Source: Chloroflexota bacterium
GTDB taxonomy: Bacteria > Chloroflexota > Anaerolineae > Anaerolineales > Anaerolineaceae
DNA length: 64,000 bases
NCBI GenBank assembly: GCA_029561345.1
Contig: JAKQJC010000043.1
Span: 181,958-245,957, forward strand
Direction: 5' to 3'
Of the stretch, positions 38,631-47,240 are shown piece by piece. The first letter of the stretch is position 1, and every line of letters starts with the position of its first letter. The position numbers and the translations under genes are program-made. The notes under the pieces were generated by a model. The model was not told the origin of the DNA. It was given only the letters and a program-made list of their open reading frames with translations, and did no database searches.

Positions 38631-40685
38631 TTAGCGATGTTCGGCCACGGGCAGATTGAAGGCAAAACGGCTGCCGATATCCTGGTGGCTTTCCACCCAG
38701 ATTTGTCCGCCGTGCGCCTGCACGGCCAGTTTGCAGAAGGCCAGGCCCAACCCAAGCCCCTTGGGAGCATTGGGAGAGGTCAGGCGGGTAAATTTTTCAA
38801 AGATGCGTTCCTGGTCGGCCTGCGGAATGCCCGGCCCGGTGTCTTCGATCCACATTTGCAGATAAGGACCCACGCGCTGCGCGCCAATGCCCAATTTGCC
38901 GCCAGAGGGGGTGTATTTGGAGGCGTTTTCCAGCAGGTTGATCAACACGCGCCGGATCATGTCTGGATCCACCCACAGGCTAGGCAGCTCTTCAGGTACT
39001 TCGGTTTTGATGCTTTGCTGTTTGCCGTCTGCCATCATGCGCACCGCTTCCACGGCATCGTGGATGAGGGTTTGCGGGGCAATCAGTTCCTGGTTGCTGA
39101 TGGCCTGACCGGCTTCCAGCCGACGGATATCGAGCAGAGAGCTGACCAGGCGCTGCATGCGCTCGGTGGAGCGGTTGGCAATGGCCAGCACGGAGGTCAG
39201 CGAGTGATCTTGCTGGGGCAGCATATTATTGAGCAGTTCCAGGCTGGAGACAATGTTGGCCATGGGTGAGCGCAGGTCGTGATATACCATGGCAATCATG
39301 TCGTCCTGCAGGGTGGCCAGCTTTTTGCGTTCTGAAATGTCGCGCAAAATCCATTGAATATAATCGCTGCTGTCGAGCTGGGCGCGGTGAACGTGGATTT
39401 CAATGGGAATCTGATTTCCCTTGTTGGTGCGCAGCTGAGATTCATAGGAAATGGTGCCGCTCTGGGTCAGGCGGCCGTAATTATCACCCAGCTTGGCGCG
39501 GTTCACCTGGTGCAGGTCTGAAATGGACATTTTCAACAGGGTGGCGCCGTCGTAGCCGGTCATCTGCTGGGCCTGACGGTTGGCTTCCTGAATCCGGCCG
39601 CGCCAATCGGTGATTAAAATGGGGTCAATGCTGTCTTCAAACAGCTCGCGGTAGCGGCGGTTGGTGGCCTCAACGCGCTCATAGAGCTGGGAATTATTGA
39701 TGGCCACGCCGGCCAGGCTGCCGATGCCGGTCAGCACCAGCAGGGCTTCAGAGGTGAGGCTGCTGGGCGGCGGGTTGATCACCTCCAGCACACCCAGAAT
39801 GTGGCCGTGGGCATGCACCGGCGCGCACAGCAGGGCATGCACTTCCAGCCCGGTGAGCTGATCGGCAGAGCGGGCCGGAACGGAGTGAACAATCACGCCG
39901 CGGCCGTCGGCCGCCACCCTGCCCACCACGCCCCGGTTAAGGGGGATGGAATCGCCGATGAGGTGCTGGGCCTGGCTGCCGGTGGCGGCACGGAACACCA
40001 GTTCCTGGTGGGTGTCGTCAATCAGGGCCAGCAGGGCCACTTCGGTTTGCAGGGCATGGTTGGTCTGGTCCAGAATGCGCTGCAGCACTTCTTCCTGGCG
40101 CAGCGAGGCATTGAGCGCCACCGCGCCTTCAGCCAGGGCGGTCATCACCCGGGCTTTGCGCTGGCTTTCGTCGTAAAGGCGGCTGTTCAACACCGCCGAG
40201 CCCGATTGGTCGGCGATGGCCTGCATCAGCAGCAGATGGTCAAGGCTGAAAAACCCCGGCTGTGGATGTACCACCGTCAGCACGCCCACCAGGCGCTCGC
40301 GGGCCATCAGCGGCACGCAGATGGCCGATTTAGCTCCGCTGCGCTCCATGGCGTCGTCAGGGCGGCGCAGCCAGCGCCGGTCGCGGGAAGTATCGGGGAG
40401 CAGGGCGGGTTTTTGATTTTGAATGACCCATCCGGCCAGGCCGCGCTCCACCGTCTCACGCAGCTGCTGCGGCGTGAAATTGATTTCACGGGTCTCATGA
40501 ATTCCGGCCACGTCCACAGGCTGGCCGCGGTCGTCGAGCACCACAATGGTGCCGCGCTCAGCGCCCACATTGCTAAGGGAAAGCGACAGGATGTTTTTTA
40601 ACACCGAATGCAGGTCGAGGGCACCTGCCAGCTGCCGGCTGATGTTATAAAGCAGTTCAAGGGAGGCGCGGGTCTGGTCAGTCAT
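38631..40685 (-). CDS. sensor histidine kinase with tandem GAF and PAS domains
   Basis: GAF-GAF-PAS-HisKA (VYHDLRSPMANI)-HATPase_c; 684 aa. Confidence 0.88.
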   Translation of the reverse strand: MTDQTRASLELLYNISRQLAGALDLHSVLKNILSLSLSNVGAERGTIVVLDDRGQPVDVAGIHETREINFTPQQLRETVERGLAGWVIQNQKPALLPDTSRDRRWLRRPDDAMERSGAKSAICVPLMARERLVGVLTVVHPQPGFFSLDHLLLMQAIADQSGSAVLNSRLYDESQRKARVMTALAEGAVALNASLRQEEVLQRILDQTNHALQTEVALLALIDDTHQELVFRAATGSQAQHLIGDSIPLNRGVVGRVAADGRGVIVHSVPARSADQLTGLEVHALLCAPVHAHGHILGVLEVINPPPSSLTSEALLVLTGIGSLAGVAINNSQLYERVEATNRRYRELFEDSIDPILITDWRGRIQEANRQAQQMTGYDGATLLKMSISDLHQVNRAKLGDNYGRLTQSGTISYESQLRTNKGNQIPIEIHVHRAQLDSSDYIQWILRDISERKKLATLQDDMIAMVYHDLRSPMANIVSSLELLNNMLPQQDHSLTSVLAIANRSTERMQRLVSSLLDIRRLEAGQAISNQELIAPQTLIHDAVEAVRMMADGKQQSIKTEVPEELPSLWVDPDMIRRVLINLLENASKYTPSGGKLGIGAQRVGPYLQMWIEDTGPGIPQADQERIFEKFTRLTSPNAPKGLGLGLAFCKLAVQAHGGQIWVESHQDIGSRFAFNLPVAEHR

Positions 40686-40883
40686 AGATACCCCTTCTTC
40701 CAGAAAGGTCTGGCACCTGCTGGCAGAATTGCAAGCCCTCTGAAGGAATTAAAACAATAAAGACACATGGGTCAATCATCATGGTGTAAGTAGTATAGCA
40801 TAAAAAAACGGCTCCCGCCAAATCATCCAACAGCCTGACAGGACGATAAAAGTGAAGGTTTTTATATGACAAATAGCAACATT

Positions 40884-41942
40884 TTACTTTTTGCGCCAGA
40901 AATGCAGCACCATCAGGGTTGTCAGCGACACCCCCAGGGTCACTCCCAGCATGCCCAGGGTCTGGCGCGGATCAAAGGGCAGGGTGCGGCTGCCTTCGAG
41001 CATGGGGGGCTCTTCCGGGTTGAGGTAAGCATACAGCGCATCGAGGGCGGGGGTTTGCAGGCCCGAGCGCCGCGCCAGAATGCGAAATTCATCGGCAATC
41101 TGGCGCATTTCATCGCGGGCGGCGTTGGCGTGGCGCGCCAGCATCAGGCGGGCGCTTTCGCGTTTGAGCGCGTGGTGCAGCACAAATACCAGCAGGGGCT
41201 CTGGCAAGGCCAGCAAGACCCGGTAGCGCAGCGGGGTGACGGGAATGGAGAGCCGGTCCAGCACCTGAAAACCTTCGCGAATGGCGCGCACCATCAGCAG
41301 CAGCCCGTCGCGGGTGTTGGCCAGGCGGGTGTTGTCGCCGCCAGCCAGATAAAGCGCGTTGGCCACCGGGCTGACGAGGGCCACATGCGTTTTCAGCCAG
41401 GCATCCATCTGGGTCTGGTAAGCCACCGGCAGCCCGGCACCGGCCAGGGCCAGGCCAATGGCTTCGAGGCGCGGGGTGATGCGCCCGTGCACTTCGCCCA
41501 GGGTGGTGGGCTGGGCTTCGCCTGCCAGCTGGTAGTGGATGACATCCCCTTCGCGGGCGCCGCCGGCCCCCGGAAAACCGAGGACGACGCGGCTGTAACC
41601 CACAGCCTGAATGTACTCTGCGGGGCCGGCAGCATTGTTAATCATAAAAACAATGCTGGGCGTGCCGCGGTTGGCTGCCAAAACTGGTAGAACAGCATGC
41701 ACCTGGTTTTTACGCACCAACACCAGAATGACGTCAAACACGGCTTCTGGCGGCAGCGCATCGAGCACGGTGACGGCAGTTTCTGATCGCTCGCCGGTGG
41801 CTTCATTGATAAGAACGATGCCGTCGCGGCAAAGCGCTTCGTAGCGTTTGCCGCGCGCCACAATGCTGACATCATGCCCGGCCTGCTGCAGTTTGGCTGC
41901 ATATAGACTGCCCAAGACACCGGCGCCGTAAACACAAATTTT
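40884..41942 (-). CDS. 2-dehydropantoate 2-reductase (ApbA/PanE) family oxidoreductase with C-terminal TM segment
   Basis: N-terminal Rossmann motif KICVYGAGVLGSLYAAKL. Start taken at MKICVYG. Confidence 0.7.
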   Translation of the reverse strand, partial: KICVYGAGVLGSLYAAKLQQAGHDVSIVARGKRYEALCRDGIVLINEATGERSETAVTVLDALPPEAVFDVILVLVRKNQVHAVLPVLAANRGTPSIVFMINNAAGPAEYIQAVGYSRVVLGFPGAGGAREGDVIHYQLAGEAQPTTLGEVHGRITPRLEAIGLALAGAGLPVAYQTQMDAWLKTHVALVSPVANALYLAGGDNTRLANTRDGLLLMVRAIREGFQVLDRLSIPVTPLRYRVLLALPEPLLVFVLHHALKRESARLMLARHANAARDEMRQIADEFRILARRSGLQTPALDALYAYLNPEEPPMLEGSRTLPFDPRQTLGMLGVTLGVSLTTLMVLHFWRKK

Positions 41943-42076
41943 CATAAGGCCTCCCATAAAAAACGGGTTCGTTTTACCTTAAAAACCCGGAATTTGCGGC
42001 TTACTGGCTTGACAGATATTAAAGATGGGATATAGTCGGATAAGAAGGTCATTTTTAAGTCAGCCAGTGAGGTTGG

Positions 42077-42754
42077 ATGATTGCGTTCACTTTTCCCATT
42101 TTAACCCTATTATACCTTGTTATGGCCGGCGGATTGGTGGTTCACTATGTGAGGCACCGCCAGCCCAGCAGTTTGCTGGTTCTGCTGGTGGTGGCCGGCC
42201 TGATTTTTGACAGTGTGGTGATTTGGGCAGGCGCAAGCCTGGGCATATCACCCATGCTGGAACTGCTGAATCGCGGACGATATTTGATCAGCGCGGTGCT
42301 GGTGCCACTGCTGTTTATTGTGGCTGCCCAATTTGCGCTGCGGGCTGGCATGACCTGGGCTTCGGAAGGCCTGGTGCGGGTGATGGAGGTGGCCGCTGGT
42401 CTGCTGATTCTGGCCGGTCTGGCGGCTTTCAGCGTTCAGGTTGTTGAGCCCATCACTTATGAAAACCTGCTGCGCTATAAGGTGAATCACCAGCTCACGC
42501 CTTTGTGGGCGGTGCCAGTGAAGATCCTCATTTCCATTCTCACCGACCTGTTTTTTGTGGTTCTGGGATATTTCTTCTGGCGTAAATATCGCTGGCCCTG
42601 GCTGGGCGCCGGCGCCGTGATGACTTTTGTGCTGACAGCTGTGCCCGGCCCGGCTATATTTATTGCGGAGGCGGTTGGCGAAGCGCTGCTGTGCGCCACC
42701 CTGGTGGCCACAGATCATTTTCTGATTCACCGCGCCCAGCCCCAAAAAACGTGA
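42077..42754 (+). CDS. hypothetical integral membrane protein
   Basis: 225 aa with 6-7 hydrophobic helices, directly upstream of the phytoene synthase gene. Confidence 0.55.
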   Translation: MIAFTFPILTLLYLVMAGGLVVHYVRHRQPSSLLVLLVVAGLIFDSVVIWAGASLGISPMLELLNRGRYLISAVLVPLLFIVAAQFALRAGMTWASEGLVRVMEVAAGLLILAGLAAFSVQVVEPITYENLLRYKVNHQLTPLWAVPVKILISILTDLFFVVLGYFFWRKYRWPWLGAGAVMTFVLTAVPGPAIFIAEAVGEALLCATLVATDHFLIHRAQPQKT

Positions 42755-42823
42755 CTCTTGCACCAGCCCGGGGTTTCATTCACTGTATGGATCTAATTGA
42801 ACATTTGACTGCCAGTTTCGTCC

Positions 42824-43711
42824 ATGTCTGATTACCCACCAGAGGCTCAGGCTGCGTTTGCAGCTACCGAAAAAGCGATCCGGCAAAATTCACGCACCTT
42901 CTATTTTGCCACCGCCTTTCTTGCGCCCCGGGCCCGCCAGGCGGTCCGGGCGTTATATGCTTTTTGCCGCGCCACCGATGACCTGGTGGATCGCGACGGG
43001 GCCACCCTGGAAGAGCTGGCACGCTGGCGGGCGCAGGTGCATTTGCCGGCCAGCAAACAGGCCGATCCCATGTTGATGTGCTGGGCGCTGGTGCGGGAAA
43101 AATTTGGGGTGGATCCGCGCTACGAAGATGAGCTGATTGACGGGGTGGCCATGGATGTGCAGCCGCGGCTTTACCCCACCTGGGACGACCTGAGCGATTA
43201 CTGCTACCATGTGGCCTCCACGGTGGGGCTGCTTTCGATCCCCATTTTGGGCCTGGCCAAACAGGCAACCCTGGACGAAGCCCGCCCTTTTGCCATTCAA
43301 CTGGGCATTGCCCTGCAGCTTACCAATATTTTGCGCGATGTGGGAGAAGACGCCGGCCGCGGACGCATTTACCTGCCGCTGGAAGATTTAACCCGTTTTG
43401 GCCTGACCCTGGCGGATATTCAGGCGAGAGAAGTGGATGAACGTTTTGCGGCGTTAATGCGTTTTGAGATCAACCGGGCGCGCAGCTTTTACCGGACGGC
43501 CCTGCCCGGGCTGGCCATGCTTGCGCCGGCGGCTCGCCTGGGGGTGGGTGCGGCAGCCTTGCTTTACCAGGCCATTCTGGACGAGATTGAGGCCATCGAA
43601 TATCAGGTGTTCACCCGGCGCGCCCACACCTCCACCTGGCGCAAGGTGATGATGATGCCAGGAATCATGGCTGCCGTCAACGGCATCCGGCGTAAAGACG
43701 GCCGCAGTTGA
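42824..43711 (+). CDS. crtB: phytoene/squalene synthase family protein
   Basis: Isoprenoid-synthase type-1 fold with Asp-rich regions (FCRATDDLVD; NILRDVGEDAGRGRIYLP). Confidence 0.85.
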   Translation: MSDYPPEAQAAFAATEKAIRQNSRTFYFATAFLAPRARQAVRALYAFCRATDDLVDRDGATLEELARWRAQVHLPASKQADPMLMCWALVREKFGVDPRYEDELIDGVAMDVQPRLYPTWDDLSDYCYHVASTVGLLSIPILGLAKQATLDEARPFAIQLGIALQLTNILRDVGEDAGRGRIYLPLEDLTRFGLTLADIQAREVDERFAALMRFEINRARSFYRTALPGLAMLAPAARLGVGAAALLYQAILDEIEAIEYQVFTRRAHTSTWRKVMMMPGIMAAVNGIRRKDGRS

Positions 43712-43726
43712 AACAGGTAAGATCGG

Positions 43727-43764
43727 AGCCCTCTGCAGATGTTTGGCAGGGGGCTTTTTGTTTT
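43727..43764 (+). terminator. rho-independent terminator after crtB
   Basis: AGCCCUCUGC...GCAGGGGGCU stem followed by UUUUUGUUUU. Confidence 0.65.
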
Positions 43765-43787
43765 AAAAGCTTGACAGAGGGGATTTT

Positions 43788-43815
43788 ATATGTTATTAAT
43801 AACATATGTACATAT
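43788..43815. promoter_or_regulatory. 20-bp perfect palindrome ATATGTTATTAATAACATAT overlapping a 12-bp palindrome ATATGTACATAT; candidate operator in the tsf promoter region
   Basis: It sits immediately downstream of a TTGACA -35-like hexamer (43771-43776) and upstream of the tsf RBS. It carries four ATATGT/ACATAT half-sites. Confidence 0.45.
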
Positions 43816-43870
43816 TAACCCTGATACAGGGAAGGTTGGACCCGCTTCAAGCGGGCCGGAGGTGATTGCC

Positions 43871-44470
43871 ATGAAACCCATGCTGGAAATGATCAAGCTG
43901 CTGCGCAATGAAACAGGCGTTGGCGTGATGGACTGCCGCAAGGCGCTGGAAGAGAGCGAAATGGATTATGACCGCGCCCTTGCCGCTTTGCGTGAAAAAG
44001 CCGCCCTGAAAGCCGCCAAGCAGGCTGACCGCCAGGCGCTGGAAGGCAGAATTGAGCTGTATTCCCACAGCAACGGGCGCATTGGCATCATGGTAGAGGT
44101 GAACACCGAGACGGAATTTGCCAGCCGCTCAGAAATTTTTCGCCATTTTGTTCACGAAATGGCCCTGCAAATTGCCGCCGCCGCCCCGCTTTATGTGCGT
44201 GAGGCAGATATCCCCCAGGCGGTGCTGGACGAGGAAGCCGGCGCGGCTGCGGATAAAGCCCGCCAGGCCGGCAAACCCGAGCGGCTGATTGAAAGAATTG
44301 TTGAGGGCGCGCTGGAAAAATACCGCGACCGGCATGTGCTGCTGCGCCAGCCCTATATCCGCAACGAGGAGATGACTGTGGCCCAGCTTTTAAACCAGGC
44401 CGTGCAGCAGACGGGGGAAAATATCCTCATTCGCCGTTTTGTGCGCTGGGAAATTTGCCCTGAAACATAG
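43871..44470 (+). CDS. tsf: translation elongation factor Ts (short form)
   Basis: MIKLLRNETGVGVMDCRKALEES UBA-like N-terminal signature. 199 aa. GGAGGTGA RBS. Start is the internal ATG of ORF 43790. Confidence 0.85.
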   Translation: MKPMLEMIKLLRNETGVGVMDCRKALEESEMDYDRALAALREKAALKAAKQADRQALEGRIELYSHSNGRIGIMVEVNTETEFASRSEIFRHFVHEMALQIAAAAPLYVREADIPQAVLDEEAGAAADKARQAGKPERLIERIVEGALEKYRDRHVLLRQPYIRNEEMTVAQLLNQAVQQTGENILIRRFVRWEICPET

Positions 44471-44489
44471 GAAAACCAGTCTGAAAGGT

Positions 44490-44530
44490 AAAAAAACCGG
44501 CGCCGGGTGCATTCCGGCGCCGGTTTGGGT
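44490..44530. terminator. bidirectional terminator (11-bp stem ACCGGCGCCGG) between tsf and the Rieske gene
   Basis: An A tract precedes the stem and a U tract follows it, so it can function for both convergent genes. Confidence 0.65.
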
Positions 44531-44535
44531 TTGGC

Positions 44536-45519
44536 TCAGGCTTTTTTGCCAGCCTGGTCCATCAATTCCTGACGATGCTTGCGGTAGGTGACGATGGGCC
44601 GGTCTTGCACAATGGGCTTTTCATTCATCTTTGCTTCCGATTTTGGCGGCCGCTGAGTGACCACCACCCTTTCATCCTGTTTGAGGATGACCCGGCTGGA
44701 AAGCAGGGTGAGCAGGTTGAACAGTTCGCGCAGCAGCGGCACCCGCACCATGCGCTGGTAATAGCGCAGGTAAAACAGGGTGTGGTTCTCATCCACTGGC
44801 ACAAAGGAAACGACAATGCGCATGTTTTCGCTGATGCGGTTCATCCAGATATTGGGGAAAATGAAGCGCAGGAAGGGCGGGCGGGCAGGCTCTGGCAGGT
44901 CGCCGGGGCGCAGGGCCACATGGCTGCCGTCGTCCACTTCGTTATAAACCCAGATATCCATATGCTCGCCATCCAGCTTGACCAGGGGCCCGTTGGAGAG
45001 GGTGCGGTTGCCGCGCCCGATGGTGGTATCGTGGACAAAGGCCAGGTGGAACACATCGAGCTGGTTTTCGATGGCGCGGGAGTAATGCACCGGCCAGACG
45101 GCCTTATCCACCATGTAGCTGAAGCCGTCTTCCAGGTCGTCAAAAAAGGGCAGAGGCGGGTAGGTTTCACGCGGCTCGCCCCACCAGATCCAGATGAAAT
45201 GATGCGCCTCGCGGGTGGGGTAGGTTTTCACTTGCAGGGCTTTGGGGGTTTGGGCAGCTTTGCCATTGGCTGGAACCAGCTGGCAGCGCCCGCTGCTGTC
45301 AAATTCAAAGCCGTGGAAGGGGCATTGAATGTGGTTATGCACGATCTTCCCGATGCGCAGGGCGCAGCCGCGGTGGGGGCAAAGATCGGCCATGCAGCTC
45401 ACCTGACCCTGATCATCGCGCCAGAAGACCATTTTTTCACCCAGCCGGGTGACGCCAACCGGCCGGCCGGCTTTGACTTCGCTTGAATCAAGCACTGCAT
45501 ACCATTGATCGGGAATCAT
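44536..45519 (-). CDS. Rieske [2Fe-2S] domain non-haem iron oxygenase
   Basis: CPHRGCALRIGKIVHNHIQCPFHGFEF Rieske motif and a catalytic-domain HxxxxH region. Confidence 0.8.
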   Translation of the reverse strand: MIPDQWYAVLDSSEVKAGRPVGVTRLGEKMVFWRDDQGQVSCMADLCPHRGCALRIGKIVHNHIQCPFHGFEFDSSGRCQLVPANGKAAQTPKALQVKTYPTREAHHFIWIWWGEPRETYPPLPFFDDLEDGFSYMVDKAVWPVHYSRAIENQLDVFHLAFVHDTTIGRGNRTLSNGPLVKLDGEHMDIWVYNEVDDGSHVALRPGDLPEPARPPFLRFIFPNIWMNRISENMRIVVSFVPVDENHTLFYLRYYQRMVRVPLLRELFNLLTLLSSRVILKQDERVVVTQRPPKSEAKMNEKPIVQDRPIVTYRKHRQELMDQAGKKA

Positions 45520-45540
45520 GCTGTCTCTCCTTGTGCGGGG

Positions 45541-46257
45541 TTAAAACAGGGTCAGCTGCTCTTCCTGGAGCCAGCCGGTGAATTTGCTGCGCTTCCAGGG
45601 GTTCTTTTGCCAGCTCATATCCGGTTCCGGCAGGTTCACAGCCTCGCGCGCGGTCAGCCAGCGGGGAATGGGCATATCGCGGCTGCCGCCGGCGGCAGTG
45701 ATCCAGCGCAGCTTGCGCAGCCCATCCACCGCCAGGGCCAGGTCGAGGGTGGTGCGCACATCCTGGGCCACATATTGCAGCACCAGGTCGCGCTTGCCTT
45801 CCTTCCAGTAGCGCGGAGCCAGGTCGCCGTGCATGCCCTCGGTTTTGCCGGGCAGTCCCATGCCCTTGGCGGCTTTGTCGAGGCCGATGGCAAAGCCTTT
45901 GAGGCAGAACACGTGGAACATCATATCCACATGGTTCCAGGCCAGGCTGCGGCAGTCCTGCAGGCGGCCGCTTTCTTCCGCAAGGATGTCAAAATCAAAC
46001 CCCAGACCGTTCCAGGTGAGCAGGGTGTGGGTGGCGGCGGTTTGCTTGAGAAAATCGACCATTTCGGCAGCCTCGCGGCGGGTCATGCGCTCAGAGGGGC
46101 TGCCGTCGGGATTTTTGCCGAACCAGACGCGCGGCTGCTGCCCCTCAAGGCAGGTGGCGGCACAGGTGATGCCCAGAGGGCGGGCGCTTTTCCAATCTTC
46201 AATACCGTCGGGCAGGGGATTGGCTATTTCAATATCAAAGGCGCAGTAAGGGGACAT
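45541..46257 (-). CDS. DEDD-type 3'-5' exonuclease-like protein (RNase H-like fold)
   Basis: N-terminal AFDIEIAN Exo I-like motif. No other assignable domain. Confidence 0.55.
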   Translation of the reverse strand: MSPYCAFDIEIANPLPDGIEDWKSARPLGITCAATCLEGQQPRVWFGKNPDGSPSERMTRREAAEMVDFLKQTAATHTLLTWNGLGFDFDILAEESGRLQDCRSLAWNHVDMMFHVFCLKGFAIGLDKAAKGMGLPGKTEGMHGDLAPRYWKEGKRDLVLQYVAQDVRTTLDLALAVDGLRKLRWITAAGGSRDMPIPRWLTAREAVNLPEPDMSWQKNPWKRSKFTGWLQEEQLTLF

Positions 46258-46399
46258 GGTTTTTCCAGTTCAAGAAAAATGGAGCGCGGCGCAAAGAAAA
46301 CGCCCCGGCTCAAGTTAATTATACTGGAAAGCGCAAAACAAGAAAAAGGCTGCCGCATCAGATGTCTGCAATTTTGCCGGGAAGCTTTGAGTCTGGTGC

Positions 46400-46414
46400 G
46401 ATAACTGGTATAAT
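46400..46414 (+). promoter_or_regulatory. extended -10 promoter (TGgTATAAT) driving the riboswitch-mntP transcript
   Basis: TGgTATAAT at 46406-46414, with a weak -35 TTTGAG 17 nt upstream. Confidence 0.45.
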
Positions 46415-46420
46415 TCACGC

Positions 46421-46552
46421 GGTTGGGGAGTAGCTGCCTGCCTTTGGGCAGGATGGACTGTCGACATACCGGAGGCCCCCTCCCGGCAGCCCAGCAGGCA
46501 TTGTTTAGCGAGACCAACACAACAAGGGTTGTGTTGGTCTTTTTTTTTGCCA
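46421..46552 (+). ncRNA. yybP-ykoY (Mn2+) riboswitch with intrinsic terminator expression platform
   Basis: Conserved UUGGGGAGUAGC and UGUCGACAUACC loops, followed by the hairpin GACCAACACAAC-aaggg-UUGUGUUGGUC plus U9, immediately upstream of mntP. Confidence 0.65.
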
Positions 46553-46595
46553 ATCCAGCCAGTTTTGCCACAAAAGGAAAAAAAGAGAGATTTTT

Positions 46596-47168
46596 ATGGA
46601 ATTTATCACTGCCTGTTTGATCGCCATAGGCCTGGCCATGGATGCTTTCGCCGTCTCATTGGGGGTGGGCACGGCGGGCTGCGCCCCCAGCCGGCGCGCC
46701 AAGCTGCGCATGGCCTTCCATTTTGGCTGGTTCCAGGCCATGATGACGGTCATCGGCTGGCTGGCCGGCGCCACCATCGCCACCTTCATCGACGGCTTCG
46801 ACCACTGGATTGCCCTGGGCCTGCTGGCTTATGTGGGCATCAATATGATCCGCGCGGGTTTGAACCCTGAAATGGAAAGCTACCCCTGCGACCCCACCCG
46901 CGGGCGCACCCTGGTCATGCTGAGCGTGGCCACCAGCCTCGATGCAATGGCCGTGGGTTTGAGCATGGCGATGATCAAGAGCGAAATTGTCATGCCGGCC
47001 ATCATCATCGGCGTCATCACCCTGGGGCTTTCGGGGTTTGGCCTGGCGGCCGGCTCCAAATTGGGTGAAAAATTCGGCAAGAAGATGGAAGTGGTTGGCG
47101 GGATTATTCTTCTCTTCATCGGCCTGCGTATTTTGATCACCCATCTTTTTCCGGGCGTCATTCTTTAA
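46596..47168 (+). CDS. mntP: manganese efflux pump MntP
   Basis: MEFITACLIAIGLAMDAFAVSLG... DUF204 tandem-repeat membrane protein. Riboswitch-associated. Confidence 0.9.
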   Translation: MEFITACLIAIGLAMDAFAVSLGVGTAGCAPSRRAKLRMAFHFGWFQAMMTVIGWLAGATIATFIDGFDHWIALGLLAYVGINMIRAGLNPEMESYPCDPTRGRTLVMLSVATSLDAMAVGLSMAMIKSEIVMPAIIIGVITLGLSGFGLAAGSKLGEKFGKKMEVVGGIILLFIGLRILITHLFPGVIL

Positions 47169-47187
47169 CCCCCATTCGTTCACCATT

Positions 47188-47222
47188 AAAAGCGGCGCAT
47201 CACATGGATGCGCCGCTTTTTA
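47188..47222. terminator. bidirectional terminator between mntP and the flotillin gene
   Basis: AAAAGCGGCGCAUC-acaug-GAUGCGCCGCUUUUU. Confidence 0.7.
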
Positions 47223-47240
47223 ATTCAATGGGCAGTCTGT

